In this document: in pieces, positions 15,791 to 26,011 of the stretch
Layout of the letters: the number at the start of each line of letters is the position of its first letter
Numbering within the stretch: the stretch's first letter is position 1
Source of the DNA: an uncultured Pseudomonadales bacterium
GTDB lineage: Bacteria; Patescibacteriota; Microgenomatia; UBA1400; UBA1396
NCBI GenBank assembly: GCA_964511175.1
Contig: CAZEEI010000003.1
Coordinates: forward strand, 13,716-77,715
DNA: 64,000 nucleotides
Direction: 5' to 3'
The notes under the pieces: generated by a model
The model's database searches: none
Seen by the model: the letters and a program-made list of their open reading frames with translations, nothing else
Told to the model about the DNA's origin: nothing
Program-made: the position numbers and the translations under genes

Positions 15791-18719
15791 CGAACAGCAC
15801 ACCGTCGAAAATCATATCATCAAGTTTCTATCCATAACTCTTGGCTATGAGTACATCAAGCCAGAGGAGTTTGCCCTTTTGCGGGAGCTTGAAAACCAGT
15901 ATTTGGTTACTTCACACCTGGCAGAAGCCATTAAACAGATCAACAACCTAACCGATGATACCGAAGTGCAAAGTGTTATCAGAGAAATAAAGAAGATTGA
16001 CTCCAATGAGGGCTTCTTAGACCTGATGAGAAACGGGGTCAATCTCAAGGATCCTTCGACGGGCAAGACGAAGGATTACGCGGTTGTTGACGCCGACAAT
16101 CCCGAAAATAATCGTTTTGTCGTTACTAATCAATTTTATTTTGAAGGTAATCTGGAAAACATCAGAACCGATGTGATGGTTTTCTTGAATGGTATCCCTG
16201 TAGTCGATATCGAGGCCAAAAGCCCCACTGCCTCAACTAGTGTTAGTTACGAGAACGCCATTGGCCAGATCAAACGCTATGAGAGAGCGGCCATGAAACT
16301 CTTTTGGCCCAATATGTTTAATATAGCTACTGATGGATTAAAGACTGTTTATGGTACTACTTACGCCCCAGATCAGTATTTTCTGCAATGGCGTGATGAT
16401 GAGCTTGAAAAGAAACTAGGCAGACAATTAGAGATGACTTTGGCGGCACTATTGGACAAAGAGAGATTATTGGACATTATCAAGAACTTTATTCTTTTTG
16501 AACAAACCAAAGATGGCCGCATTAAAAAGATGGCTCGTTATCAGCAGTTAAGGGCCACCAATAAGATTCTGGAGCGAGTACGGGGTGGCGAAAAAAGACG
16601 TGGCTTAGTTTGGCATACTCAGGGTTCCGGCAAGTCACTCACGATGTTTTTCACTGCGTGGAAGCTAAGGTTTTCTAAAGAATTGAAGAATCCTAAGGTT
16701 TTTATATTAGTAGATCGAATTGACCTTGATGACCAGATTTATGACACGTTCGTCAATGCAGGCGGCACAAACGTTATACGAGTGACTTCTAGGCGTGATC
16801 TTCAGGAAAAAATCACCAATGATGAGCGAGGTATCTTTATCTCGACCATCGAAAAATTCAACGAACTGCCGCTTGATTTAGACAATCCTAATGAGAACAT
16901 TATTGTCCTTTCTGATGAAGCGCACCGGACTAACGAGGGTGTGGCGGCGATTAAATTGCGGGATTCTATGGGAAAGGCATTTTTCTTTGGCTTTACCGGT
17001 ACACCGATTGACAAAAAAACACTCAATACTCATCGTAATTTTGGTCAAGAGGGTGAGAGGTATTTGGATTATTACTCAATTCAGCAGGCTATTGATGATG
17101 GGGCAACCCTGCCGGTCACCTATGAAGCAAGGTTATCTAAATTTTTTATTAACGAGGATCGAATTGATGAGCAATTCGACGCAGTAACACAGGATCTCAG
17201 TGCAGAACAAAAACAGCTAATTATGAGGCGCTTTGGTAAGAAAGAGGCCTTGATCAAACTCGATCAACGGATGAGGATCATTGCTCAGGATATTATTGAT
17301 CACTATAGGCTTTATATTGAACCCAATGGTTTCAAAGCGCAAATTGTCTGCTATGACCGGGAAGAGACGGCTAAATATAAACAATTGCTGGATGAGCTGG
17401 TGTCCCCCGAATGTACGGCGGTGGTGTATTCATCTGGAGATCCAAATACAGATAGTGAGCGCTTGCGCGAGTACAACACGACTAAATCTCAGCGTGAACA
17501 GATAATTGCTTCTTTTAAGGATCCAAATAGTTCTCTCAAATTGCTTCTGGTCTGTGACATGCTTTTAACCGGTTTTGATGCGCCAATTGAGCAGGCAATG
17601 TACCTGGACAAGCCTCTAAGAGACCATAATTTACTACAAGCAATTGCTCGGACAAACCGTACTTATCCTCATAAGGGTTGTGGCAAAATTATTGACTACT
17701 ACGGCATTACGCGCAATCTCTATGATGCTCTTAATTTTGACGAGAGCATCATTGATTCAGCTTTGATTGATCTTGATTATTTGAAGCAGGAGTTTCTCGA
17801 AATACTGGGTGAAATTAAAGATATTTTTGTTGGCATCAATCAGGAAGATCCGTCCATCAACAACCTCAGAGTTTGTCTGAAAATTTTTATTGATAATGAG
17901 GATAAGCAGAGATTCTTTACCGACAAGTATTCCAGGATGAAGCTATTATTTGAGGTATTATCTCCCGATCCTTTCTTGGGTGAATATATTCGCATTTTTG
18001 AGTGGATTACTAGTGTTTATATTGCTTTTGTCAATGAGTTTCGATCGGAAAACTTGGCAATGAACGCTTTTAGGAATGGTGATATTCCCACTTTTGGTGA
18101 ATATGGGGAAAAAGTCAAAAAACTTATTCAAGACAATCTGGATTATGAGGGCATTACCAAAAACTTTCGAGAATTAAATATTAATGATATTTACACTCTC
18201 GAGCGTCTGGACAAAATGGATGATGAAGAAAAAGCACTAGCACTCGAAAAAATGCTCAGCCAGGAAATTACAGCCAATCTTGACACAGACCCCACTTTTC
18301 AGAAGTTTAGTGAAAGACTTAGAGCCATTCGTGAGGAGTTTGAGCATCATCAGATTGATCTTTCGGAACGAATTAAACGCTATTACGAGTTAATGAATGA
18401 CATTAAAAATAAAAATGACTTGGCTAAAGAACTGGGACTAAATCTGAGAGAATACGGTTTATATCTAATTTGTCAGGAATATATACCAGAAACTTCTCAA
18501 TCAGTGTTAACCGATTTATCTAGAGATTTGTCAAGAAGAATAGAATCAATTCTCGACGTAGATTGGCAAACCTCCTCAAAACGTGAGGAATTTTTGAAAG
18601 GTATTAAACAGGCAATACAAGAGGTTATTTTAAGGGATTATCGGGGAAGAATTAAAGTAGGTGCTTTCCCCAAAATGCTCAATAGGTTGGTGGATATAAC
18701 TTTTAAAAAATTTACCTAG
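15780..18719 (+). CDS. hsdR: Type I restriction enzyme R subunit HsdR
   Basis: SF2 helicase motifs (TQGSGKSLTMFF, DEAHR), the ResIII/HsdR family and a long C-terminal domain. Confidence 0.92.
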   Translation: MKFNEQHTVENHIIKFLSITLGYEYIKPEEFALLRELENQYLVTSHLAEAIKQINNLTDDTEVQSVIREIKKIDSNEGFLDLMRNGVNLKDPSTGKTKDYAVVDADNPENNRFVVTNQFYFEGNLENIRTDVMVFLNGIPVVDIEAKSPTASTSVSYENAIGQIKRYERAAMKLFWPNMFNIATDGLKTVYGTTYAPDQYFLQWRDDELEKKLGRQLEMTLAALLDKERLLDIIKNFILFEQTKDGRIKKMARYQQLRATNKILERVRGGEKRRGLVWHTQGSGKSLTMFFTAWKLRFSKELKNPKVFILVDRIDLDDQIYDTFVNAGGTNVIRVTSRRDLQEKITNDERGIFISTIEKFNELPLDLDNPNENIIVLSDEAHRTNEGVAAIKLRDSMGKAFFFGFTGTPIDKKTLNTHRNFGQEGERYLDYYSIQQAIDDGATLPVTYEARLSKFFINEDRIDEQFDAVTQDLSAEQKQLIMRRFGKKEALIKLDQRMRIIAQDIIDHYRLYIEPNGFKAQIVCYDREETAKYKQLLDELVSPECTAVVYSSGDPNTDSERLREYNTTKSQREQIIASFKDPNSSLKLLLVCDMLLTGFDAPIEQAMYLDKPLRDHNLLQAIARTNRTYPHKGCGKIIDYYGITRNLYDALNFDESIIDSALIDLDYLKQEFLEILGEIKDIFVGINQEDPSINNLRVCLKIFIDNEDKQRFFTDKYSRMKLLFEVLSPDPFLGEYIRIFEWITSVYIAFVNEFRSENLAMNAFRNGDIPTFGEYGEKVKKLIQDNLDYEGITKNFRELNINDIYTLERLDKMDDEEKALALEKMLSQEITANLDTDPTFQKFSERLRAIREEFEHHQIDLSERIKRYYELMNDIKNKNDLAKELGLNLREYGLYLICQEYIPETSQSVLTDLSRDLSRRIESILDVDWQTSSKREEFLKGIKQAIQEVILRDYRGRIKVGAFPKMLNRLVDITFKKFT

Positions 18720-18867
18720 CCAACAAAAAAACGCCCGGGGCGGTTCTTTGCACTTGCCACTCCATTACTGGGGTGTCGTCTTGTCTGTTTAATGGTAGCA
18801 AAATTGGTTTTTCTGTCAAGGTGTTAACCGTGGACCTAAGAAAAAAAAGTTTCGTTTTAGGAAAAAA

Positions 18868-21801
18868 CTAAGGCCGATACTTGAGTTCTTCCACCAGGTA
18901 CCTACCGGTTTCCGACAACGGATTCTGAGCAACCTGCGCCGGACTGCCGGCCGCTACGACACGACCGCCATCATCGCCGCCGCCGGGACCCAAGTCAATC
19001 AGCCAATCGGCATTCTTGATCACGTCCAGATTATGTTCGATTAGTACTACCGAATTACCCTGGCGAATTAATTTATCCAGCACGTCCAGGAGTTTGCGAA
19101 CGTCTTCAAAATGGAGGCCGGTGGTTGGTTCGTCCAGCAGGTAGAGTGTATGGACAGTGGTGTTGGTAGTGAGTTCTTTGGCCAATTTGACGCGCTGGGC
19201 TTCACCGCCGGAAAGAGTGGGAGCCGGCTGACCAAGCTTAATGTAACCCAGGCCAACCTCGAGCAGAGTCTGTAGCTTCTGCTGCACTTTTTTATAGTGG
19301 GCAAAAAACTGGGCTGCTTCTTCAATAGTCATTGCTAAAACTTCGGCAATCGTCTTGTCGTGGTAGTGTACTTCCAGGGTTTCACGGTTGTAACGACTGC
19401 CGTGGCAAACGTCGCAATCCACGTAAATATCTGGCAAAAACTGCATTTCGATCTTAACCTGACCCTCACCCTGACAAGCTTCACAGCGACCGCCCTTGAC
19501 GTTGAAACTAAAGCGACCTGGTTTGTAGCCGCGCTCCTTGGCGTCATGAGTCTCGGCAAAAACTTCGCGGATGAGATCAAAAACTTTGGTGTAGGTTGCA
19601 GGGTTGGAGCGCGGCGTACGGCCGATCGGGCTCTGGTCAATTAGAGCTAGCCGCTTAATGTTTTCGTAGCCGTTAATTGCTGTCACCGGACCAGGTGTGG
19701 CGGTCGAAACGCGATCAAGAAGTAGGAGCAGGTTTTGGTAAAGAGTGTCGTAGAGCAGGGTTGATTTACCGGAGCCGGATAAGCCGGTGATGCAGGTGAG
19801 CTGGTGCAGCGGGATTTCGACCGTCAGATTTTGCAAATTATGGGCAGTAGCGCCGTGGATCATCAGTGATTTTCCCCGCTGGCTAAGCGGTTGAGTGCGC
19901 GGTGCCAACCAAATGTCTTGTCGCCGGCTCAGGTAGGCGCCGGTGAGGGATTTTTTGTTTTTAATGATATCGGCTGGTTCGCCTTGGGCAATAACGTGAC
20001 CGCCGTGAACACCGGCGCCGGGGCCAAAGTCAATCAGTTGGTCGCTGGTTAACATGACATCGCGGTCGTGTTCGACTACCACTACCGTGTTGCCCAAATC
20101 ACGCAAGTGTTTGAGCGTAGTAATTAGCCGATGGTTATCTTTTTGGTGCAAGCCGATGGTTGGTTCATCCAAAACATACAGGACGCCGGAAAGACCGGTG
20201 CCGATTTGCGAGGCCAGGCGAATACGCTGCGCTTCGCCGCCAGCTAAGGTATTGGCTTCCCGCGCGAGCGTCAGGTAGGACAACCCCACGGATACCAGGA
20301 AGTTAAGGCGGGTAATGATTTCTTTAGCAATCGGTTCCACCACCTGACGCTCGCGCGCGGTTAAATCCAAGTTTTGTTCCAGCAGATTACTGATCCAAGT
20401 TAAAGCTTCGTTGATGCTAAATTCGGTAACGTCCGCAATCGACAGATCTCCAATGGTGACTGCTAAACTTTCCGGTTTAAGCCGTCGGCCCTGACAATCG
20501 GGACAAGCGTTTTTTTGCATAAAACGTTCAATTTCCTGTCGAATATAGTCGGAACTGGACTCGCGGTAGCGCCGTTCTAAATTAGGAATGAATCCCTCAA
20601 AGTTTTCCCGGATCAGGGTTTCTTCACCAAAGCGGTTGGTGCCGCGGACGGTATAAACTGTATCGCTGCCGTACATTAACTCCTGCTGTAACTCGGCCGC
20701 CAGATCGCGCCAGGGTTTACGCCAATCTTCGCCATACTCTTCGACAATTGTACGTACAATGCGGGCAAACCAAGTATCGCTCTCCAGCATGCGGGCAAAG
20801 GGAATGATGGCTCCTTCCGACAGGGTGAGACTGGGTGCAATCAGTTTGTTTAACTCAATAGCCAGAATAGTCCCCAAGCCGCTGCAGCGGGCGCAGGCGC
20901 CGTGGGGCGTGTTAAATGAGAACATCCGCGGTTCAATTTCTGGTACCGGCAAGCCGGTGCTGGGGTAGACGCGTTTTTCCGTGAATTCGCGCCGCTCGAG
21001 TTTTTTAGGATGATCAGGAAAAGTCAGGCCGGCATCCAGGACGAAGGCCACATCCACCCAACCATCGGATAGGGCCAGGGCTTGTTCGATGTCACCGTTA
21101 AGGCGTGATCGGAGGGCGTGTTGCTCACTGGTGTCGGCGAGTTGTTGGGAAGAGATCACCACCCGGTCGACAATGGCAGCGATGGCGTGTTTATTATTTT
21201 TGAATAAAGTAATTTCGTCACGCAAATCATAGAGATCACCATCGATTAGCGCCTGGGAATAACCCTTCTGGCGTAGGTTGGCGAACAGCGATTGGAATTC
21301 GCCCTTGCGATCTTTAATGACTGGTGCCAGGACGAGGAAGCGGACGGGGGCTTCAATCGCGCGCCGGCCGACCTCAGCAAACAGTTCGTCCAGGATTTGA
21401 TCCAAGGAAAAAGGCATCACTTCTTCACCGGTCTGCGGGTCGTGCGGTCGGCCGGCGCGCGCAAACAGCAGCCGCAAATAATCGTAAACTTCCGTAATTG
21501 TGCCGACGGTAGAGCGCGGGTTATGGGAAGTAGTTTTTTGATCGATCGAAATAGCTGGTGACAGGCCGGTAATACTTTCAACTTTAGGCTTTTGCATCAC
21601 GCCTAAAAACTGGCGCGCGTAAGCGGAAAGCGATTCTACATAACGCCGCTGCCCTTCGGCGTATAACGTGTCAAAAGCAAAAGAAGATTTGCCCGAACCA
21701 GACAAGCCGGTGACTACTACCAGTTTATTCTTGGGAATATCCAAATCGATGTTCTGGAGGTTATGTTCTTGCGCCCCGCGCACACTAATTAAGTCGGCCA
21801 T
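18868..21801 (-). CDS. uvrA: Excinuclease ABC subunit A
   Basis: Two ABC ATPase modules (GLSGSGKSS and GLSGSGKST) plus zinc fingers. Full length, 977 aa. Confidence 0.95.
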   Translation of the reverse strand: MADLISVRGAQEHNLQNIDLDIPKNKLVVVTGLSGSGKSSFAFDTLYAEGQRRYVESLSAYARQFLGVMQKPKVESITGLSPAISIDQKTTSHNPRSTVGTITEVYDYLRLLFARAGRPHDPQTGEEVMPFSLDQILDELFAEVGRRAIEAPVRFLVLAPVIKDRKGEFQSLFANLRQKGYSQALIDGDLYDLRDEITLFKNNKHAIAAIVDRVVISSQQLADTSEQHALRSRLNGDIEQALALSDGWVDVAFVLDAGLTFPDHPKKLERREFTEKRVYPSTGLPVPEIEPRMFSFNTPHGACARCSGLGTILAIELNKLIAPSLTLSEGAIIPFARMLESDTWFARIVRTIVEEYGEDWRKPWRDLAAELQQELMYGSDTVYTVRGTNRFGEETLIRENFEGFIPNLERRYRESSSDYIRQEIERFMQKNACPDCQGRRLKPESLAVTIGDLSIADVTEFSINEALTWISNLLEQNLDLTARERQVVEPIAKEIITRLNFLVSVGLSYLTLAREANTLAGGEAQRIRLASQIGTGLSGVLYVLDEPTIGLHQKDNHRLITTLKHLRDLGNTVVVVEHDRDVMLTSDQLIDFGPGAGVHGGHVIAQGEPADIIKNKKSLTGAYLSRRQDIWLAPRTQPLSQRGKSLMIHGATAHNLQNLTVEIPLHQLTCITGLSGSGKSTLLYDTLYQNLLLLLDRVSTATPGPVTAINGYENIKRLALIDQSPIGRTPRSNPATYTKVFDLIREVFAETHDAKERGYKPGRFSFNVKGGRCEACQGEGQVKIEMQFLPDIYVDCDVCHGSRYNRETLEVHYHDKTIAEVLAMTIEEAAQFFAHYKKVQQKLQTLLEVGLGYIKLGQPAPTLSGGEAQRVKLAKELTTNTTVHTLYLLDEPTTGLHFEDVRKLLDVLDKLIRQGNSVVLIEHNLDVIKNADWLIDLGPGGGDDGGRVVAAGSPAQVAQNPLSETGRYLVEELKYRP

Positions 21802-21876
21802 GAAGGTCAGTATTATACGTTAATTACGGCCGAATTGCTAGCTAACGTGGGTCGCCACTACCGGAGTTGGATGTGT

Positions 21877-22434
21877 TTAAGTAGACAAAGGTAAGCGAGT
21901 ATAACATTGTTCAAATAATGTTGGGTCGAATTGCGTAATTTGCCAATGGATTAACTTGTCGGCGCCATCACTTTCGATAGTAATAATATTTTTCTTGATG
22001 AAAAATTCCGAGGGATAATCTCCTAAATCGGTAGTGACGATACAGGAATTTGGGTAAAGCATAGCTCTACCCATCAAAGTTAGGTCTACCACAGAGGGGC
22101 TGTATCGCCTTTTTTTAAATTGCTGAGTAATAATTCTGGATATTACTAAAGCATTATGCAAAACCTGTTGGAATATATGTTGGTCATTAGGACAGTCTAA
22201 AAAAGGCTCATTGGATAAAAGAGACTCCTTTTTAAGGATGTAACTCAGCTCAAACGTATTGCGCAGGAATTCAAGCCTGACTAGAGGATCAACGATAAAG
22301 AATTGAGTAGGAAACAACTCAAGTAGTGCATGGTTGCAAATCTCGTTTTCACTAAAGTCGCTTAAAATGCCAGTATCAAGAAAAATCCAGCTGCTCAGCA
22401 ACCGCTTCTGCTTGTCTTTGTCGTAGAATATCAT
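21877..22434 (-). CDS. PIN-domain protein; putative type II toxin/ribonuclease
   Basis: N-terminal WIFLDTGIL is a PIN Asp-box. The gene is AT-rich and pairs with an overlapping small upstream ORF. Confidence 0.5.
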   Translation of the reverse strand: MIFYDKDKQKRLLSSWIFLDTGILSDFSENEICNHALLELFPTQFFIVDPLVRLEFLRNTFELSYILKKESLLSNEPFLDCPNDQHIFQQVLHNALVISRIITQQFKKRRYSPSVVDLTLMGRAMLYPNSCIVTTDLGDYPSEFFIKKNIITIESDGADKLIHWQITQFDPTLFEQCYTRLPLST

Positions 22435-22567
22435 CGTTTCTTTCCCTTAGTTTTTCAGTATCCTGCAAGAACCGTTTCATTTTCTGTAGGAGTAGGGTAT
22501 TAGTTCCAGGGTTTCTGACGGGTGGTTTGGTTTTAATTGTTCCGATATAAACTTGCGTTTGAGGCAT
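22376..22567 (-). CDS. Small protein upstream of and overlapping the PIN gene; putative antitoxin
   Basis: 63 aa and charged. Its stop overlaps the PIN gene 5' end, in the usual TA arrangement. Confidence 0.35.
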   Translation of the reverse strand: MPQTQVYIGTIKTKPPVRNPGTNTLLLQKMKRFLQDTEKLRERNDDILRQRQAEAVAEQLDFS

Positions 22568-22619
22568 TGTGTTCCTTATTTGTTAATAATATACCGCAAT
22601 AGTTACCAAAATCGAACAT

Positions 22620-24047
22620 TTATTGTTGTTGCAAAATATGAACTTTAACGTTGCCGCCGCAGCTGTACACTTTTTGCTCAGTCGAAAGACCAAACAAAGT
22701 TAGCTCATGGAAGCTAGTTTCGCCATGACGATAAGTACCATTGTCCACGACAACCGCCATTTTCTTAGCTTGCCCTGGTTCACGATACTCGTCTTTTACC
22801 TGACAGCCCGCCCGGCGCATGAAGTAACGGTGTTCGGGACCGTTGTGAAAGGGCAATAAATCGGTTTCTACACTGACGTATAAAGGAGCGGTTTCAGCGG
22901 CACAAACTTGGGCAAAACAGGCCGTTAGTTCAGCGACGGTACGGGGAGCACGGGTAAAGTAATGTCGTAGCTGGAGAGGGCGCAGCCAGTAAGCGGCCAA
23001 GATCAACACTACCAGGATGGCTAAGCGCCGGTGTAGGGCAGCAATGGCAAAAAATAACAAAGTGGCCATCGCAAAAATATAATGTTTTTGGATCGCTACT
23101 GGTGACAGCATGGTTAAACCGATGGTGAGGCCGGTTAACCAACCTAGCGTTACCCAGTCGCTCGACAAAGCGGCTGGTTCGCGGCGGTGCTGGTACCAGT
23201 ACACACCGATGGCCGCTATTAACATAATAATCAAAACCCAACCCAGCCAAATCGATTCGGTGGCTAAAAGCTGTTGCGGTAAGGCCATAATTTTAGTTAG
23301 CCACGGGGCGTTGGGTTGACCCGCTTGGTCCGGGCGTAACAGAGCTTGGGTTAACAGAAAGTGGTGGCGTAGTTCGAAAATAATAGTGCCGGCGTTGATA
23401 ATCAAACCACTCAAGGCCAAGCCGGCTACCCAGCGCCAAACTTTGCCTCGTAACTGCCAAATCGCCACTAGGCCAAAAGCAATCAGAGCTGGGGCAGCGG
23501 AGTAGTTAAATGAAACTGCCAGGGCGAGAAAAAAAGTGGTGAGCAACACATTGGTCCAACTTACTTGATCGCGGAGGCGCAAATAACCCAGGGTAGCCAG
23601 AGCCAAAAACGGTCCTAAGAAGGATGGATTCCAGACGAAGCGGTTTTGGTCGATAAATTGCGGGTGGATAGTCATGAGAGCAAAGACCAACAGCCAGATG
23701 CGTTGGCGCCGCGGGCGCTCGCGCGTCAGCCAGAGGCCAAAACCAAAAGTAATTAAATAGATAATGGCGCAAGTAATCAGAGTGGTCAGCGGCGAGCGCC
23801 CGCTCAACCAATAAATCGGATAGAAAATATAGAAATACCAAGCACTTTGGTTAAATGGCAGAGCACTGGTCTGCGGTCCCAGCAGCGGCGGTTTGCCGGT
23901 TTGTTCCCAATCCAGCAGAACCAAAAAATCGCGACCCATGTCGTTAATAAATAGTAAAGACTGATCGATGCGATAAAAGCGGAGAAAGAGGAAAAAAATA
24001 ATGAGCAATAGCGCGAAGATTCCAACTTGTTTTTGCGCTGCCGTCAT
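22620..24047 (-). CDS. Polytopic membrane protein; putative GT-C-fold glycosyltransferase
   Basis: Roughly 12 predicted TM helices with a large first loop containing acidic residues (INDMGRDF). Confidence 0.45.
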   Translation of the reverse strand: MTAAQKQVGIFALLLIIFFLFLRFYRIDQSLLFINDMGRDFLVLLDWEQTGKPPLLGPQTSALPFNQSAWYFYIFYPIYWLSGRSPLTTLITCAIIYLITFGFGLWLTRERPRRQRIWLLVFALMTIHPQFIDQNRFVWNPSFLGPFLALATLGYLRLRDQVSWTNVLLTTFFLALAVSFNYSAAPALIAFGLVAIWQLRGKVWRWVAGLALSGLIINAGTIIFELRHHFLLTQALLRPDQAGQPNAPWLTKIMALPQQLLATESIWLGWVLIIMLIAAIGVYWYQHRREPAALSSDWVTLGWLTGLTIGLTMLSPVAIQKHYIFAMATLLFFAIAALHRRLAILVVLILAAYWLRPLQLRHYFTRAPRTVAELTACFAQVCAAETAPLYVSVETDLLPFHNGPEHRYFMRRAGCQVKDEYREPGQAKKMAVVVDNGTYRHGETSFHELTLFGLSTEQKVYSCGGNVKVHILQQQ

Positions 24048-24094
24048 ACTTAGATTGTAAGGGACAACCAGGTGTTATAGTAAGGGGGAAGCGC

Positions 24095-24571
24095 ATGAAA
24101 TTTCACCAGCGATTATTCCCCCATTTTTTCGCTAAAGAGCCGATCCCGCCGATTACCAATCGCGACCTGCAACAAGCGATCACCCGAGTAAAGCAAGCGG
24201 TTTCATTGATGGCGGCCATTCAAATGGCACTGGATATTATGGCCGATAAATACTGTTCGCGGCACTTTATGACTTATCTATTGCTTTATCGCTTATTCGA
24301 AAAAGATCCAAACAAGTTGTGGCAAAGAAGTGGTTTTTTGCACTGCACCCAGCAGAATTATTTACTACGGGTTTTACTGATCAAAAGCGGCTGGTTGACC
24401 GAAAACCAAATTCATTTGAACTATAGTTTGGTTTGGTATATTTCGCCGCATCAATTCTTGCGGTTGATTTTACCAACCAGGCCAGTGGCGGTTGATCCCT
24501 GGAATTATGATCAAGGTGTACCACTGGGCTGTTACGCGGTGGGTTTTGGTAGTCGGAAACTTAAAAGTTAA
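24095..24571 (+). CDS. Hypothetical protein; possible transglutaminase-like Cys-His-Asp fold
   Basis: KYCSRHF resembles the GxCxxFA transglutaminase core, followed by ..SPHQF.. and ..DPW.. at the expected spacing. Confidence 0.35.
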   Translation: MKFHQRLFPHFFAKEPIPPITNRDLQQAITRVKQAVSLMAAIQMALDIMADKYCSRHFMTYLLLYRLFEKDPNKLWQRSGFLHCTQQNYLLRVLLIKSGWLTENQIHLNYSLVWYISPHQFLRLILPTRPVAVDPWNYDQGVPLGCYAVGFGSRKLKS

Positions 24572-24758
24572 TAATGTTGCGGGGCAAGGAATCGGACCTT
24601 GTCTGCGAGATTATGAGCCTCACGTGCAACCGTACACTACCCCGCGCGACAGGGACTTATTATAGCACAATGTTAAGGAATCCGGCGCCTACGGCCGCCA
24701 ACAATGGTGGTAATTGTTAGATTTAGGCCTAGTGTATCAAAATGACCAAAACCGATAG

Positions 24759-24857
24759 TTGTACAACTTACCTCGAGTCCAGTCTCAATAGAAAAGACCC
24801 CACCAGATTGTAGTTGTACAACTGTTGGTTTTGCCAATTTTGATATGTCGGCTCCGG
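24759..24857 (+). promoter_or_regulatory. Second copy of the TTGTACAA operator/promoter module (boxes at 24759 and 24824, then GGTTTTGCCAATTTTGATATG)
   Basis: The -10-like TGaTATG begins 20 nt after the last box. It lies upstream of the GT4 gene, whose GTG start is at 24886. Confidence 0.5.
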
Positions 24858-24885
24858 CTTTTTAAAAGCACGCTACAATAACTTT

Positions 24886-25977
24886 GTGAAGGTCGCTCTA
24901 ATCCATGACTATTTGCGCGAATACGGCGGGGCCGAGCGCGTAGTGGAAGCTTTGCACGGGATGTTTCCGGAAGCACCATTGTATGTGGCTTTCTACGATC
25001 CCGCCACGCTCGGCCCGCAGAACCAACGCTTCGCTAACTGGGACATTCGCCAAACGTCTCTAACCAAACTGCCTTTTTACCGCCGCTTATTTTCGCCTTA
25101 TCGGATTTTTTCGGCTTGGGCTTTCCGTCAGTTGGATTTGCGTGAGTTCGATCTAATTATTTCTTCGACTAACATGTATATGGCTAAAGCCGTGCGGCAG
25201 CGTCCGGATGCCCGCCATTTCAGTTATATCCATACACCACCGCGTTCGTTATACGGTTTTACGACCCAAACCAATTGGCGCCGTAACCCATTGCTGCGGT
25301 TGGGCGGCTCATTAATCAACGTCTGGATGCGTCGACTTGATTACCAAACGGCCCAGAACCCCGATGTTCTAATCGCCAACTCCCGCACCACGCAGGAGCG
25401 CATTCAAAGATATTACCGCCGTAGTTCCACGATTATTTACCCGCCAGTAGCCTTGGTTGACGCTGAGCCAGCTGTTTTACCGTCCGACCAGCGTAATTAT
25501 GTGTTATTTGTGGGACGACTGGCCTATAGCAAACATCCAGAGCTGGTGGTCGAAGTTTGCCGTAAATTGAATTTACCGCTGAAAGTGGTGGGGGTTGGTA
25601 CGCTGCTGGCCGATCTGCGCGCTCAGGCTGGCGAAAAAACGGAGTTCTTGGGATCGGTGAGCGATGCTGAGCTAGTTGGACTTTACCAGCACGCGCGGCT
25701 CGCCGTTTTTCCGGCGGAAGATGAGGATTTTGGGATTGTGCCGATCGAAGCCATGGCCACCGGCACGCCGGTGATGGCGCACTACTCCGGCGAGCCGCGC
25801 TATACCGTAACCGGTGGTCTGTCTGGTTTCCACGTCAAATCGCTCGATCCAGCCGACTGGCAGGACGTTGTGCAAAAAGCTTGGGAACATCAGTGGGACT
25901 ACCACGCCATTCAAACTTCGGTGGCGGAGTTTTCGTTAAAAAACTTCCAACAGCGGTGGAATGAATTACTGGCTTGA
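24886..25977 (+). CDS. Glycosyltransferase family 4 (GT-B, group 1); GTG start
   Basis: N-terminal MKVALIHDYL..GGAERV plus the C-terminal EDFGIVPIEAMA motif (E-x7-E-like). Confidence 0.8.
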   Translation: MKVALIHDYLREYGGAERVVEALHGMFPEAPLYVAFYDPATLGPQNQRFANWDIRQTSLTKLPFYRRLFSPYRIFSAWAFRQLDLREFDLIISSTNMYMAKAVRQRPDARHFSYIHTPPRSLYGFTTQTNWRRNPLLRLGGSLINVWMRRLDYQTAQNPDVLIANSRTTQERIQRYYRRSSTIIYPPVALVDAEPAVLPSDQRNYVLFVGRLAYSKHPELVVEVCRKLNLPLKVVGVGTLLADLRAQAGEKTEFLGSVSDAELVGLYQHARLAVFPAEDEDFGIVPIEAMATGTPVMAHYSGEPRYTVTGGLSGFHVKSLDPADWQDVVQKAWEHQWDYHAIQTSVAEFSLKNFQQRWNELLA

Positions 25978-26011
25978 GGTAGAATACGGCAATTACTAAC
26001 TAGAGATTTTT

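Noticed and set aside
10534-18867. Looked for direct repeats or att-like duplications flanking the defense island, for example the shared TTTTTCTG(C/T) near 10592 and 18812.
   Set aside because: Only an 8-9-nt match was found, which is too short to support an integration-site duplication. No integrase or transposase gene is present in the island.
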